This document shows positions 1 to 11,022 of a stretch of 42,284 nt of DNA, in pieces. The translations under genes were made by a program, and so were the position numbers. A model generated the notes under the pieces. That model was not told the origin of the DNA and searched no databases. It saw nothing but the letters and a program-made list of their open reading frames with translations. The stretch is from positions 1 to 42,284 of the forward strand of contig UYFQ01000075.1 in the NCBI GenBank assembly GCA_900617105.1, written 5' to 3'. The DNA comes from Hydrurus foetidus. Its lineage: Eukaryota. Every line of letters starts with the position of its first letter. Position 1 is the stretch's first letter.

Positions 1-3000
1 TTCCAAATCGATTTCGTCTCGCGGGAGTAGGATATTGGCATCGAGGTCGATAGCGTTGCCATAGATGAGTTGTGCAGGTGATACTTTCATACGGTCGTTT
101 ACAGTTGAATTTAGTATTCTTTGTACGAATGGTAGTATTTCCGCGTAATTTTCCGTTGTTGCGCGTTCGTACGCGTATGCGGTGATGTGACGATTTATTT
201 CTTTGTTGATACGTTCGACGATAGCGTTTTCTTCTGAACAGTATGGTAATATTTTGTTGTGGGTTGTACCAACAATTTTCACGAACTCATCGATAATGTG
301 AGCGACGAAGTGTGGGCCATTATCTGATCGAAGTATAGATGGTGTGCCGTATCGGCCCACGTGTTCTATGAGTGCTTTGCACGCTGCTTTAGCTGTTGCA
401 TCAGGTGTAGCATAGAGTTCGACAAATCTCGAAAATGTGTCGATCATAACAAGGATGTATCCTTTATCTGGGAATGGTCCGATGAAGTCAATATTAAGAC
501 ATTCCATTGGTTTGTATGTTGATGTCGTGTACCTATATGCATTGATGGGATATTTCATAGCCGACATCTTTTGGCAACAAGGACAATTTTTTATGAATGT
601 TTTTACTGCGTCACGCATTCCCAACCATATGTTATTTGATTTTTTTAAGTTACGCAGAGTGCGTTGAACACCACCGTGTCCGACTGTAGTGTTATGACAC
701 TTTGCAATTATGTTATATTGCTCTGTCGTCATCGGTTTGTGTGTCAGAATTGCAGCTATTATTCCTGATTTAGGTAGCATTCTGTTTTTACATAGGCGAG
801 ACATTGCATCGGCAATTTCGTTTTGTTTCCCAGGGATATATCCTATCGTATATTCTAATTCTTGCAGGGCCATACGCCATCTGCTGACCATTTCGTTCTT
901 GTCTTTTTCAAGGAACGTCAGATTTTTGTGGTCTGTTAGAATAGTGAATTTACGATCTCGTAGCAGTGCGTCGAGATAGGTACAGCAATAATATAGCGCG
1001 AAGGCTTCTTTTTGTATTACTGACCATTTCAGTTGAGTCTTGGTAAGAGACTTGCTTACAAGAGCGACAAGTTGTTTTTCCCCGTCGACTTCTTGATACA
1101 AATAGCCGCCTATACCGTAATCCGAAGCATCGGTCATTAGGGTTATGGGCGCTGTATCGTGTATAAAATATAATAAAGGACTCTGTGCAATTAGATCTTT
1201 GATCTTTTGGAAAGAGTTCGCAGCGTCATCTGTCCAGATAAGCAATGATTGCTTTTTCGCTGCGTGATCGATCATTTTATGCAGTGGTGCAACCACGTTA
1301 GAGTGATTTGGTACATGATCCCGAAAATAGTTGGTGAGACCAAGAAACGATCTTAGTTCGGTCGTCTTTCTTGGCATAGGAAAGTCGGTCACACCTCTTA
1401 TTTTTTTAGAGCTCATAGTTATACCATCTTTAGATATTTGTTTACCAACATATTCAACTAATTTTACATTTAGTTTAAGCTTTGCAGCTTTTAGTGATAT
1501 GTTTTTTTCTTCGAGACGTTGAAACAATATTTCTAAACGTTCGCAGAACTCCTCAAATCCATTACCATAAACGATGATATCGTCGAGGTATACTTCACAA
1601 ATGTGATATATTAGTCCCAGAAGGACTATTGTGGCCATCATTTCTTGGAAATATGAGGGAGCTCTTTTGGGTCCGAATGGTAGTCGGGTAAAGTGGTAAA
1701 TACCCATAAAGGTGATGAACGCGGTGTACACGCGTGTACTCAGAGTCAGTGGGGCTTGGTGATAACCTGCAGTGAGGTCGATTACACCGAATGTGTCTGC
1801 CTTTTGTGAACCTAATCTTGCTAACATTTGTCTAATATTAGGAATTGGCCAGCTTGCTGACTCTGTTGCATCGTTGAGGTGACGGTAGTCAATACAGAAT
1901 CGGTATGAACCGTCTGGCTTAGACGCAAGTGTTACTTGCGAGTAGTATGATGCCTCTGATTTGACTATTATACCCTGTTCTAGCATAGTATCAACCTGTT
2001 TACGGATTTCAATTTGTTTTCGTGTAGACGTTGGTCGGGGTGCTACACGATTCCTGAATACTTTCCATTCTGGATCCCGTACGGGTAGTCCAAACGGTGG
2101 AATACGTGCAGGTTCCGGCCCGAGTTTGTTGTTGAAAAGCTTAATGTATTTGACACAGATTGCTCTTATTTTTGCTATTTGGTCAGGGGTACCATCGATG
2201 TGTATTAAATCGATGAGGTACATTTTATCCTCTGTTGGATTGTCTTGGAAAGGAGCGAAGGTATCCTTCGACTTGTAGTCAATCTCTTCGGGTCCGAAGG
2301 GTTGAACCTCCGGGAGTTCTTCACGCTCCCGGAGTAGAGCAGCAACTAGACCACGCGTTTGGGCTGGTGCCTTGGATGAGGGAGTTGGAGTAGCTAATTC
2401 CGGACTCCTGTCGGTTGTTAAACCTAAATCACTGTGTCGGGGAGGTGACAACAAAACTGCTGCCTCGACCGTAGAGTGCACAGTGAACTCATCTAAAACA
2501 AGTTGAGCCGCTGCCGCAGCTGAACCTGTGGGACACCCGCATGATGCAGTGCATGTCTTGCTTGTACAAGCACCTCGAGCCACCAGGTCGTCTTGCCATC
2601 GACTGTCTGCGTCTGAGGGTTTTATCCCCTCCTGGCTAGTTATAACCAGAGGTATGTTGTGTGTGTTTTTATTTTGTTGCGTTGTGTCAGTGTAGGTGAC
2701 GACATGTTCAGGTTCTGCATATAGCAGCTGTACTGGAATAGTTGTAAGAACGTCCGTTCTCGACTTTTGTAATTGTTTTGACGTCGGATGTGGAAGAAGT
2801 TCTGTTCCGATTTGATCTACATTTTGGAAGAATTCTGGAAGAATTTTTACCAGGTTGAGATCTTTTATTGTTTTTAATCCGAGGATTAAATCGACTTTGG
2901 AGTCTTCCGCAATTCGGACAGGAAGAGCGAAAGTGTATTTGAGAAAATCTTTTTTAAATGATACAACAATATCAAGCACATGTGTAGATTCAATACATTG

Positions 3001-3586
3001 ATTATTTAGACCGGAACACATCCATAAGGGAGTGTCCGTTGTGCGCAAGTGGGGTTCGCCTTGCAGGCCCCGAAGGACTCTACGGTTGACTACGTCCCCA
3101 ACTTGGCATCCGGTGTCGAGTTGTGCGAGAGCGGCCAAGTCGTTACTTGGGCTCGTATTTGTTGGAGGAGGAGGATTTCCCGGAGGTGTTGTTGTCGTCC
3201 CGGCGGTTGTCTTTGTCTTTCGCCGAGTCGCGCGACTCTTCCTTGCGGGAGTTGTCACGGTCGCGATCGTTAGCGCGGTGGTTGGGACGGTAACCGGGGA
3301 TCGGATCTGTGGTAGAGATATTGTTACTTGTAAGTAATCGTCTATGTTTTCAGGTAATATCGCTGATAGTAGTTGTGTCATGTTTGGAATTTTCTGACTG
3401 TCGTCAGAATGCAATGTATGCGCGTCAGTCAATGACAACTTACTTTTGCCTTTGTATCCGAACTCTTGGCCGGTTTTGTTGTTGACGTTTCCGCGGCTAC
3501 GGTTTGCGTCACGATCGGTGTTGCGGTCGTTGGCGTTGTTGTTGTTGCGTTCGTTATCGCGATCGTTGTTGGTACGATCCGACTTC

Positions 3587-3622
<36 letters not shown>

Positions 3623-5622
3623 TTGTTATTGTTGTGTTTGTTTTTGTTGTTGTTGTTTTGGGGTTGTTTCTCTGGACCCTTGTCGGTGGTGTCTCCTTCC
3701 GTGGGATAGATGTATGTGGACGCTCCATGATTGATGGTAGTTTTCGTCATTACCCCGTTGAGGTAGACGTTTGGCACGAAGTGAGGGTGGCCGATTCGGC
3801 GGAAATCGGCTGACTCCGGTGACTGTGACCACGTGGTGTGTGTGTTGTTACAGTGTGTGTTCATGAAGAGTGTACACGTGTAACGATTGTGGCCGACCAC
3901 CCCACACGTGTGGCATGTGTTGGTGGAGCGACTGAGGCCGTTGTGTTCGTAGTCTTGTGAACGTGAGAACATGCTTTTGTATTGGGACTGCGGCACGTAC
4001 TCGTTGGGTGGTGTGTCGGCCTGTTCCCTTAGGGTGAGTTTTGTTTTGAAGTGGTATAACAATCCACCCATGTTTTGTGCGTCCTCAACTGTTCGGCGGG
4101 ATTTCTGTAAACAGATGTTGAGGCGCTGAATCATGTCGGGGATGTTATCCTTCTTTTTCCCTTTGATGTATTTTTTGGTTTGGGCCATGAAGTTGTCGGT
4201 GAATTTGTTGTTGATGGGTAGCTTCTTGTAGAAGATTTTACACATGTCATCATGTGTTGTTGAGTCAATCAGAGAATATTCGCTGTAGTGTCCCAAGATG
4301 ATGTCTCGGAACTGCGCGATTGAGGCGTCCTCGAGGGATTCGTCTTGCCAGCAAAATTCGAATTGGAAATTTTTTAAAGATAAATCCAATTCGAATGTTG
4401 TCAGCGTACGTTTGTTATCGTAGTAGATTTTTTTAAGATCTTCTGCGATTTCCTGAAGGGTGAGTGTCCCCGAGGGGAGTTCGGGCCAGGCTTTACACTC
4501 AGCTCTGGTGTAACCGGTTTCCTTCATGTGTTTGACTAACCGATCTTGGATCGATAGTCTCGCCTCTTTCTCAATGACTTCGTCCCATTTGGATTTAAAT
4601 CCCGGGCGATATGCCTGTTGGTAGAAAAGGCGTGCTGCCTTATCCATTCCACCAAACAGGGCTTTTCGGTCCAGGAAGAAAACCTCTCTCATATTAATGA
4701 GTGAGGTGGATATTTCTCGGGCTTCCTTTTGGGGGTCGCGGGACTCGAAGACGAGATCTGTGTCATCTTGTTTGCGTTTTCGAATAGGTTTTTCAGCTGT
4801 CGGTTTAGACGCGACTGATGTTACCTTTGCTTTTGCTGATGATGTAGATGAGGATGATGATGATTTGTCTTGTTTGGTAGCCCTTGCGGGCTTCTTCTTC
4901 GCCAGAGGCTTGATAGCCAATGGTTTAGATTTTTTAGACTTGACGACAGGGAGTTCGACAGCGTCTGAGTTTGACTTGTCGTCGTCGTTGTCGTCTTCCT
5001 CGTTGTCGTCGTTGTCTTCATCATCATCCTCGCCGTTGTCGTCGGCGTCGTCATTGGTGACGTCGTCGTCGGCGTCGTCAGTGTCGCTGTTGTCGTCATC
5101 GTCCTCGTCCTCCTCATCATCGTCGTCGTCGTCGTCCTCCTCAGACGAGGAGTTGTCGTTCTTTTCCTCCTTCTCCTCTTGCGACTGTTTAACGTCTTGG
5201 TTGTTGTTGTCGTCATCAAGAGGAGTTGGTGGGGGTGACTCGACTGACTGATAGGGGCGTTGGTTTGTGTCGACGGATGCGACGAGGTCCCTCATTTCTT
5301 CCTCGTCAGCGCCAACTTTGTCTGCCCATTCTTGCAGCTTAGCAATGCGTTCGCGTTCTGCGATGCGCATTTTATTTGCTTCGCGCTTGGTTATCTTGCC
5401 GCGAGCGGCTTCGTCTTGAAGACGTGTTGGGGTATCTCCGACTCGGATGGCTTCCTTAGCCAGAGCCGCAGTGGATTTTTCGACATTGCGGAGGCGTTCC
5501 CGCTCCGCTGCTGCGTGTTTTTACCTCGCAGTTTGCGGAAGCTGGCGCTGGTCGGATGGGTTTGAACCCTCAGAGATAGCATCGCTAGAGCTCCGTTTGT
5601 TGGCATTTATGCCTTTGGCCAT
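1..5622 (-). CDS. Gypsy-1 single-frame Gag-Pol polyprotein, open off the left edge; in-frame TAA at 5521-5523 after codon 33, open again from ATG 5370
   Basis: All motifs checked share one frame: zinc knuckle CHTCGVVGHNRYTC (~3874-3915), protease LDTG (3109-3120), RT YLDD (1579-1590), RNase H DASDYGIGG (~1105-1131), integrase RSDNGPHF (~307-330). It is absent from the ORF track, consistent with no stop before position 1. Confidence 0.9.
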
Positions 5623-6174
5623 CTTGAAAAGTCGTCGGCAGTTGGATCGATGGCGCTTCCTGTCTTGGTCCGCAACGGAACTCGGACGCTATGCTAAATG
5701 ATCAGTAGGATGTGCTCCTTCGAAAGAGCTGTTGGTGGTATGTTGGCGGCTGTAAAAAGTGAAGATTAGATTAAGATGCTTTCCCCCCGATTTCGGGAGA
5801 AAATTGATGGAAAGTTGAATCGGACGGTGGAGCTCGCAGGCCACGAAGTTGGGCGCGACCTCTGTAGGCTTTCGTTTACGAACGAATTTGATGTTTTCAC
5901 TTGCTTACAAGTTACTCGCTTGCGTTGTCCTTCAAGTTTTGAATGGAGCAACGATTTAAGTCGGCAAAAGTCGTCGAGACGAACTTTTTACTGGAAGCGT
6001 TTCAGAGGCTGTCGCTTTGACAGAGCCTTTGTAGTGTGTTTTTATGATGTTTTCACTTATAAAAGTTACTCGCTTGGTGCGGCACGCCTTTGAAAAGGAC
6101 GCTGCCGACTTTTTTTGGATGTTTTTGGAAGCTGGTCTCGTAGAGAGATCCTAGCTGATTCCAAATACCGGTAT

Positions 6175-6390
6175 TGTGGTCTCACTAAGACTCTGGGCTG
6201 GAACGGAGGGCTGCTGGAACGCGGGCGAAGGAAAGGGGGTGATGGGGCTGGTGCTATGGATAGCAAAGTGGTTAGCTTACAGATAAACACAGCAGGTATC
6301 ATGGCAATGAATCGTGTGGATCGGATCGTCCTCGATCCGATCCGAACGTACGCCTGTACCCGTACCGCCCGTACGGGTGTACGGGTCACA
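6175..6390 (-). repeat. Gypsy-1 5' LTR (216 bp)
   Basis: Sense strand begins TGTGACC and ends GACCACA. Shares GTAAGCTAACCA with the Gypsy-2 LTR. Two hairpins at 6318-6343 and 6358-6378. Partner LTR is outside the window. Confidence 0.75.
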
Positions 6391-6498
6391 GTGATTACTG
6401 ACTACACCAAGCTTATTTCACGAGCCCTGACCGAGAGATCTTCAACAGCTGTACCGCGAGAGGCTGTACGTGACTGCAAAACCGAAGATCCGTCAATA
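6391..6498 (+). repeat. Copia 5' LTR, last 108 bp only
   Basis: Direct repeat of 19619-19726; ends TCAATA versus TCAACA in the 3' LTR. Confidence 0.92.
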
Positions 6499-6523
6499 TA
6501 ATTGACTGGTACAGGCATTCTCA

Positions 6524-8562
6524 ATGCCTCCCAAACGCGCCGTTGAAGCCCTTAAGAATACAGAAGAGTGTACGCTTCAATACGGCAAACACAGCAACAT
6601 TATCAAATGGAGAGAACATATGCAGACGATAGTTACCGAACTATACGGAATAGTGGGCATGTTCTTCACAACTAACGAGAGATACGAACTTCCGAAAGCA
6701 TCTCACAGGGATTACCCTTCAGATTCGTCATCGGAAAGTTCGGAATACGATACCGAAGAAGAGGAATCGGACGCCACAGATACCGCAGTTCCTGCGATCA
6801 CTGCAGCTGAAGCCGCGGCTAAAGCAGCGAGGGCCGCGGTGCGATTGGCAAGCAAAGAGAGCAAACGCAAGGCGTCAGAGAAATCGCGTGCAAAATTCAG
6901 AGAGGATGCGTTCATCCAGAGGAAGCGGGACCTCAAGACCCAACGCGAGAACGAACGTACGGTCTTCCCCATGATGTGGAAGCGTATGTCACTCGTGTCA
7001 CAGAGTAGAGTAAGGGAGGAAGAGGAATATAAGACGGCATACCTCACGCTGGACTGCGTCCTCCTGTGGACACTCATCCGGAGGACCCACCTGACACACA
7101 TGTTCGGTGCAGACGAGGCACTACAAGAATACAATCAGCACGAACAGGAGAATAAGTATTCGTCAATGAGACAAGGTGAGAGAGAACACCTAGTCACATT
7201 CAAGAATCGATTTGATGAACAGGTGGAGGCGAACTTTACCGTTGGGATCGCAGCGGTGTCCGATTCCAAACGTGCACTTGACTTCCTGGGCAAGCTAGAC
7301 CCCCAGAGGTTCAAAATCATCATGGACGACATGAAGCACGACGCACTCAGACGCAAACCGGATGCGTTCCCCAGCACACTAGCCTTAGCATTCCACATAT
7401 CAAACCAATGGAATGAAGGGAACGCTCCCGCACACACACCCACACCAGCACCCGCTGGGGTGAACGCAGCGTACGTTACCGAAGAAGTACACGTCACCAT
7501 GGCCAAGGATACCGAGAAGAAAGCAGGGAAAGCCGGAGGGGGAAGTAAGAAATCTTTGGATGATGTCGAATGCTTCAAATGCGAGAAGAAAGGTCACTAC
7601 GCGAGGAACTGCCCTCTTAGAAAACCGTCAGTGGAAAAAGTCCACGTCACGGTGACGGAGTCAGACAGTGAATACGAAGGGGAGACTAGCGAATGGGGTA
7701 TAGCGCTTGTCGCTACAGAAGAGATGTGCTGCTTTACAAAATTCGACGTGCTACTAGACAATGAGGCATCATTGAACATATTCAGTAACATGGACCTACT
7801 AACCGACGTGAGGAAGTCAAACAAGACTGTGAGAGTGAGTGGCATTGAGCAGGGTGGTGGCGTGTCTGTTGATCGAGAGGGGAACTTCGGAGAATTCGGA
7901 ACGGTCTATTACAGCGGAGCAGCATCGGCGAACATCCTATCGTTTGCAGCGCAAGTGGATTCGGGAGCAGAGATAAGATACGATCATCTAGTGGACTGCT
8001 TTACCCTGCAGCCGAAGGGGAGCGAGAAGACGTATCGATTCGGGAGGAAGCGCATCGTAGGCAGCGAAGGGAGATTTTACTCCTGTGATTGGAGAGAAGT
8101 CGATCATGATCGAGCATTAGTAACGACCGTGACTGACAATCTGAAAGCGTTCACTAAACGCGAAGTGGAGCAAGCGAGGCGAGCTCGGGAGATGCTCGCG
8201 AGAATTGGATTCCCAACCGTAGAGCAAGCTATGTCGATCATCAACTGCGGAAGCAATTTCGATGTGACAGCAAGGGACTTTCAGATTGCCGACGCAATAT
8301 GGGGGAAGGACATAGCCTCCCTGAAAGAAAAAACTACTAAGCGAGCGACTGCCACCGCCGATATAGCCGTCAGCACGAAACTTCTACAAAGGGATCAGGT
8401 GTTGTCGATCGACATTATGTATTTAGATAAATTAGCTATTCTGATTGGAGTGGCTACTCCACTGGGACTAACTATTGCATACAGTCTAAACGCAGCTGAT
8501 CTAAAGAAGCCAGCTAGGACGGCTGGCCATGTGAAGACCGGAATCAACCACTTTATCGGAGT
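6524..8562 (+). CDS. Copia Gag-Pol 5' part (Gag, zinc knuckle, protease, integrase N-part)
   Basis: CFKCEKKGHYARNC knuckle, LLDNEAS protease-like motif, SIDIMY first integrase Asp. The ORF-track tail past 8562 is read-through into the Gypsy-2 LTR. Confidence 0.92.
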
Positions 8563-8688
8563 TGTGGTCGTCTGGGGTTCTAGGTTAGCCACATGCACTA
8601 ATCCTATACCTTCTCCACTAAGTTTCATAGTAAGCTAACCAGCATTCTCCCTCGCACCATCTTTAGCCTAGATTCCTTCTAGGCCACA
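8563..8688 (+). repeat. Gypsy-2 5' LTR
   Basis: TGTGG...CCACA; identical to 16373-16498. Confidence 0.97.
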
Positions 8689-8787
8689 GTGACGTCACTC
8701 AGCCGTTTAAATTCCCTCTTTCCGTCTTCTATAACCCTACCCCATTTGTCATTTCCATCTCCTTGAGATAACTGCTCGAATCCCGCC

Positions 8788-11022
8788 GTGGAGGACTTCC
8801 AGAAAGTTCCTCTCCTCAGAGATCGTCTTTATCTTGAAGAGCTTCGTCTTATCAACGAAGAACTCCAGTTTCGGAGAGATACAACTCCCGTAGAAGGAGA
8901 GGCAGCAGTCGTTTCGACTGACCAAAATCTCCCAACTTTTGTTGAAACTTCGATTCCTCAACCGAGAAGTCGTTCCAGAGTCGTAAGACCTGTGCTCCTT
9001 CGGGAAGACGCGAGTTCATCGCGATTTGCCACCTCTAATCTCCATTCTACTCCTTCCACACGCCAAACACAACCCCGATTCAATTCGGCGACTTCAGCTT
9101 TTAAGCCTAGGAGACCGACTTCCAAGTCGAGAACATCCTTCCCAGGGCCTCCTGCGACTTTAGTCAGCAGTGAAACAGGGTTTGCAACTCAAACCTTGCG
9201 GAATTTGTTGCTGGACAACGATTTCCTGACAGAATTCCCAGTTTCAGTTTCAGAAACTGCGCCGAGAAAAAACTCGCACTTTCGTTCGGAGTTAAACTCC
9301 AACTTAAGCCTAAGCTCTAAGCCTAGCGAAAAATACATCCGGGGATTATATCCTGTTGAAGCACCTCCCGCTTCTAACGAGGTGCCGGAAGACATTTTTC
9401 CTTACGAAAAAGCTCCGAAAATAAATCCTACATTACGAGTAGGAAATCTCGATAGAATTGCTCCTTTGACAAGGAGAAAGTCGAAGATAGCCCTCCTGCG
9501 TGCTGCAGCGACTCCGCTCTCAGCAGGGAGAACACCCTTGACCGGGCCAAAAGTCTTGAAACCCAATTTGAAATTGGTGACAAAATCACCCTCCATCATG
9601 GAAGACATAGTTGACCAGTTTGACTCAAGTCCTGGTGACTTTGGCGAAGAGTTAGGTGAGATAGTTGATTCTAACTATGCCGAACTCTCTGACAACGAAC
9701 TCGTTGACGAATTTCTCGCCGAACCCGGTGATTTACAGCAATCATCGGAGACAAATCCATCGCAAATACCACTTTTAAGTGCTATAACTGATGTGACAAC
9801 CCAAGTTTTACCTGTGCCTACTATTACTAGAGCACAACAACTTGAGAACCTTTTTAATACACGCATGTCTGGTGGTATTAACTTGAATAGTGCACTTGTT
9901 GTACTCGACTCATTCGAAATTTCGGGTGAGTTAGCCTTGAAATTTCAAACTCAAGCGAATGCTTTTGCAAATAACTTTACTTTAAGTCAAGTAATAGTTT
10001 ATCCTGCAACTGAGATCATACAATTTGCTTTTGCAAGTGATCCCAAATTTACTATTCTTACGAAAGATAAATTTGCGACGTGGCTTGAACACGTTACAGT
10101 CGCTCAGGCTGCCCAAATTGTCACAAAGTACTTTGGTGCTAAATCAGACATTGGTAGAACACTAGTAGAGAATTTTTCTCAAATTCCTATTAGATTCAAC
10201 TTCTCTCATCGAGCACTTGAAAGACAAACATTTGTCGCGATGAAATCGTTAACACACGATTACTCCATCGTTGAACCAATCACTCAGGCACAGCATGCTG
10301 CCTTGATAATTACGATTGAGAAAAAGTTAAAACCGGATAGTCAATTGAGAACTGATTATTTCGAGAAAAAGAAAGCAAATCCTACTCAAGGTGAAACTTG
10401 GGAGGATGCTTACACACGCTTGGTAGCGTGCATTGCGTCCGTTCGCGAACTAAACGAGCATATTGCACGATATGGCAGTATGACCTCAGACAATGAACTT
10501 GCTCTGAGGTCTTCTGATTACTCAGTTGTCAAATCCACACCCAATGTGATGATGCCTTCGGTGCCGTTGATCCATCAACGATCCTTCGCAGCTTCAGTTT
10601 ATGAAAAACAAGCTGGTGTTCCTAATACACAATCCCAGCCCTTAATATCGGCTGGAGTAACAAAGCGAGCTTCTTTGAAGGGATTCCAATGTCGTTCATG
10701 CGGCCATACTACACACAAAGTAGCGGCCTGTCCAGTCCTGTTTTATACAGATGCCAACAATGAGCTCCATCTGGAATGGAAGGATTCACCTATGGGTAAG
10801 GAGTGGGCGCGTCATAACTATACAACTCACTCCTTGGACATAGCGCTTCCAGGCCATGAAGATCAGTATCTGAACAGACTTCAGAGCGAGTTTCATGTGT
10901 CCATGTTGAACCCTCCCCGGAATGACTTCAAGCGAACACGTTTCGACAATAACATTCCGGGTGGTCAACAACAGCCGGGCTCATCGAATCCTCAACAACC
11001 GATGTCGAATTCGCAGAAATAA
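8788..11022 (+). CDS. Gypsy-2 Gag (GTG at 8788; first ATG at 9598)
   Basis: 744-aa ORF after the 5' LTR with CRSCGHTTHKVAAC zinc knuckle near the C-terminus. Confidence 0.8.
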   Translation: MEDFQKVPLLRDRLYLEELRLINEELQFRRDTTPVEGEAAVVSTDQNLPTFVETSIPQPRSRSRVVRPVLLREDASSSRFATSNLHSTPSTRQTQPRFNSATSAFKPRRPTSKSRTSFPGPPATLVSSETGFATQTLRNLLLDNDFLTEFPVSVSETAPRKNSHFRSELNSNLSLSSKPSEKYIRGLYPVEAPPASNEVPEDIFPYEKAPKINPTLRVGNLDRIAPLTRRKSKIALLRAAATPLSAGRTPLTGPKVLKPNLKLVTKSPSIMEDIVDQFDSSPGDFGEELGEIVDSNYAELSDNELVDEFLAEPGDLQQSSETNPSQIPLLSAITDVTTQVLPVPTITRAQQLENLFNTRMSGGINLNSALVVLDSFEISGELALKFQTQANAFANNFTLSQVIVYPATEIIQFAFASDPKFTILTKDKFATWLEHVTVAQAAQIVTKYFGAKSDIGRTLVENFSQIPIRFNFSHRALERQTFVAMKSLTHDYSIVEPITQAQHAALIITIEKKLKPDSQLRTDYFEKKKANPTQGETWEDAYTRLVACIASVRELNEHIARYGSMTSDNELALRSSDYSVVKSTPNVMMPSVPLIHQRSFAASVYEKQAGVPNTQSQPLISAGVTKRASLKGFQCRSCGHTTHKVAACPVLFYTDANNELHLEWKDSPMGKEWARHNYTTHSLDIALPGHEDQYLNRLQSEFHVSMLNPPRNDFKRTRFDNNIPGGQQQPGSSNPQQPMSNSQK

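Larger units (their letters stand above)
1..6390 (-). mobile_element. Ty3/gypsy LTR retrotransposon 'Gypsy-1', 3' part outside the window, inserted in the 5' LTR of the copia element
   Basis: Minus-strand gag-PR-RT-RNaseH-IN order. LTR-like 6175-6390 with TGTG...CACA termini. Base 6391 resumes exactly within copia LTR sequence (matches 19619 onward). Confidence 0.93.

Noticed and set aside
3429..5251. Low-complexity ORFs (poly-T, poly-V, poly-C, poly-S) in several frames
   Set aside because: Shadow frames of the (AAC)n and (GAC)n codon runs in Gypsy-1 Gag.
5521..5523. Programmed readthrough of the early TAA in Gypsy-1 gag
   Set aside because: A single copy with no readthrough context; a point mutation is simpler.
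6292..6390. Hairpin-rich segment first read as a Helitron or hAT end
   Set aside because: It ends in GTCACA exactly at the copia LTR breakpoint and is better explained as the U3 part of the Gypsy-1 LTR.
6115..6501. 128-aa ORF sharing peptide with the ORF at 19619-19819
   Set aside because: The shared peptide only reflects the duplicated copia LTR.
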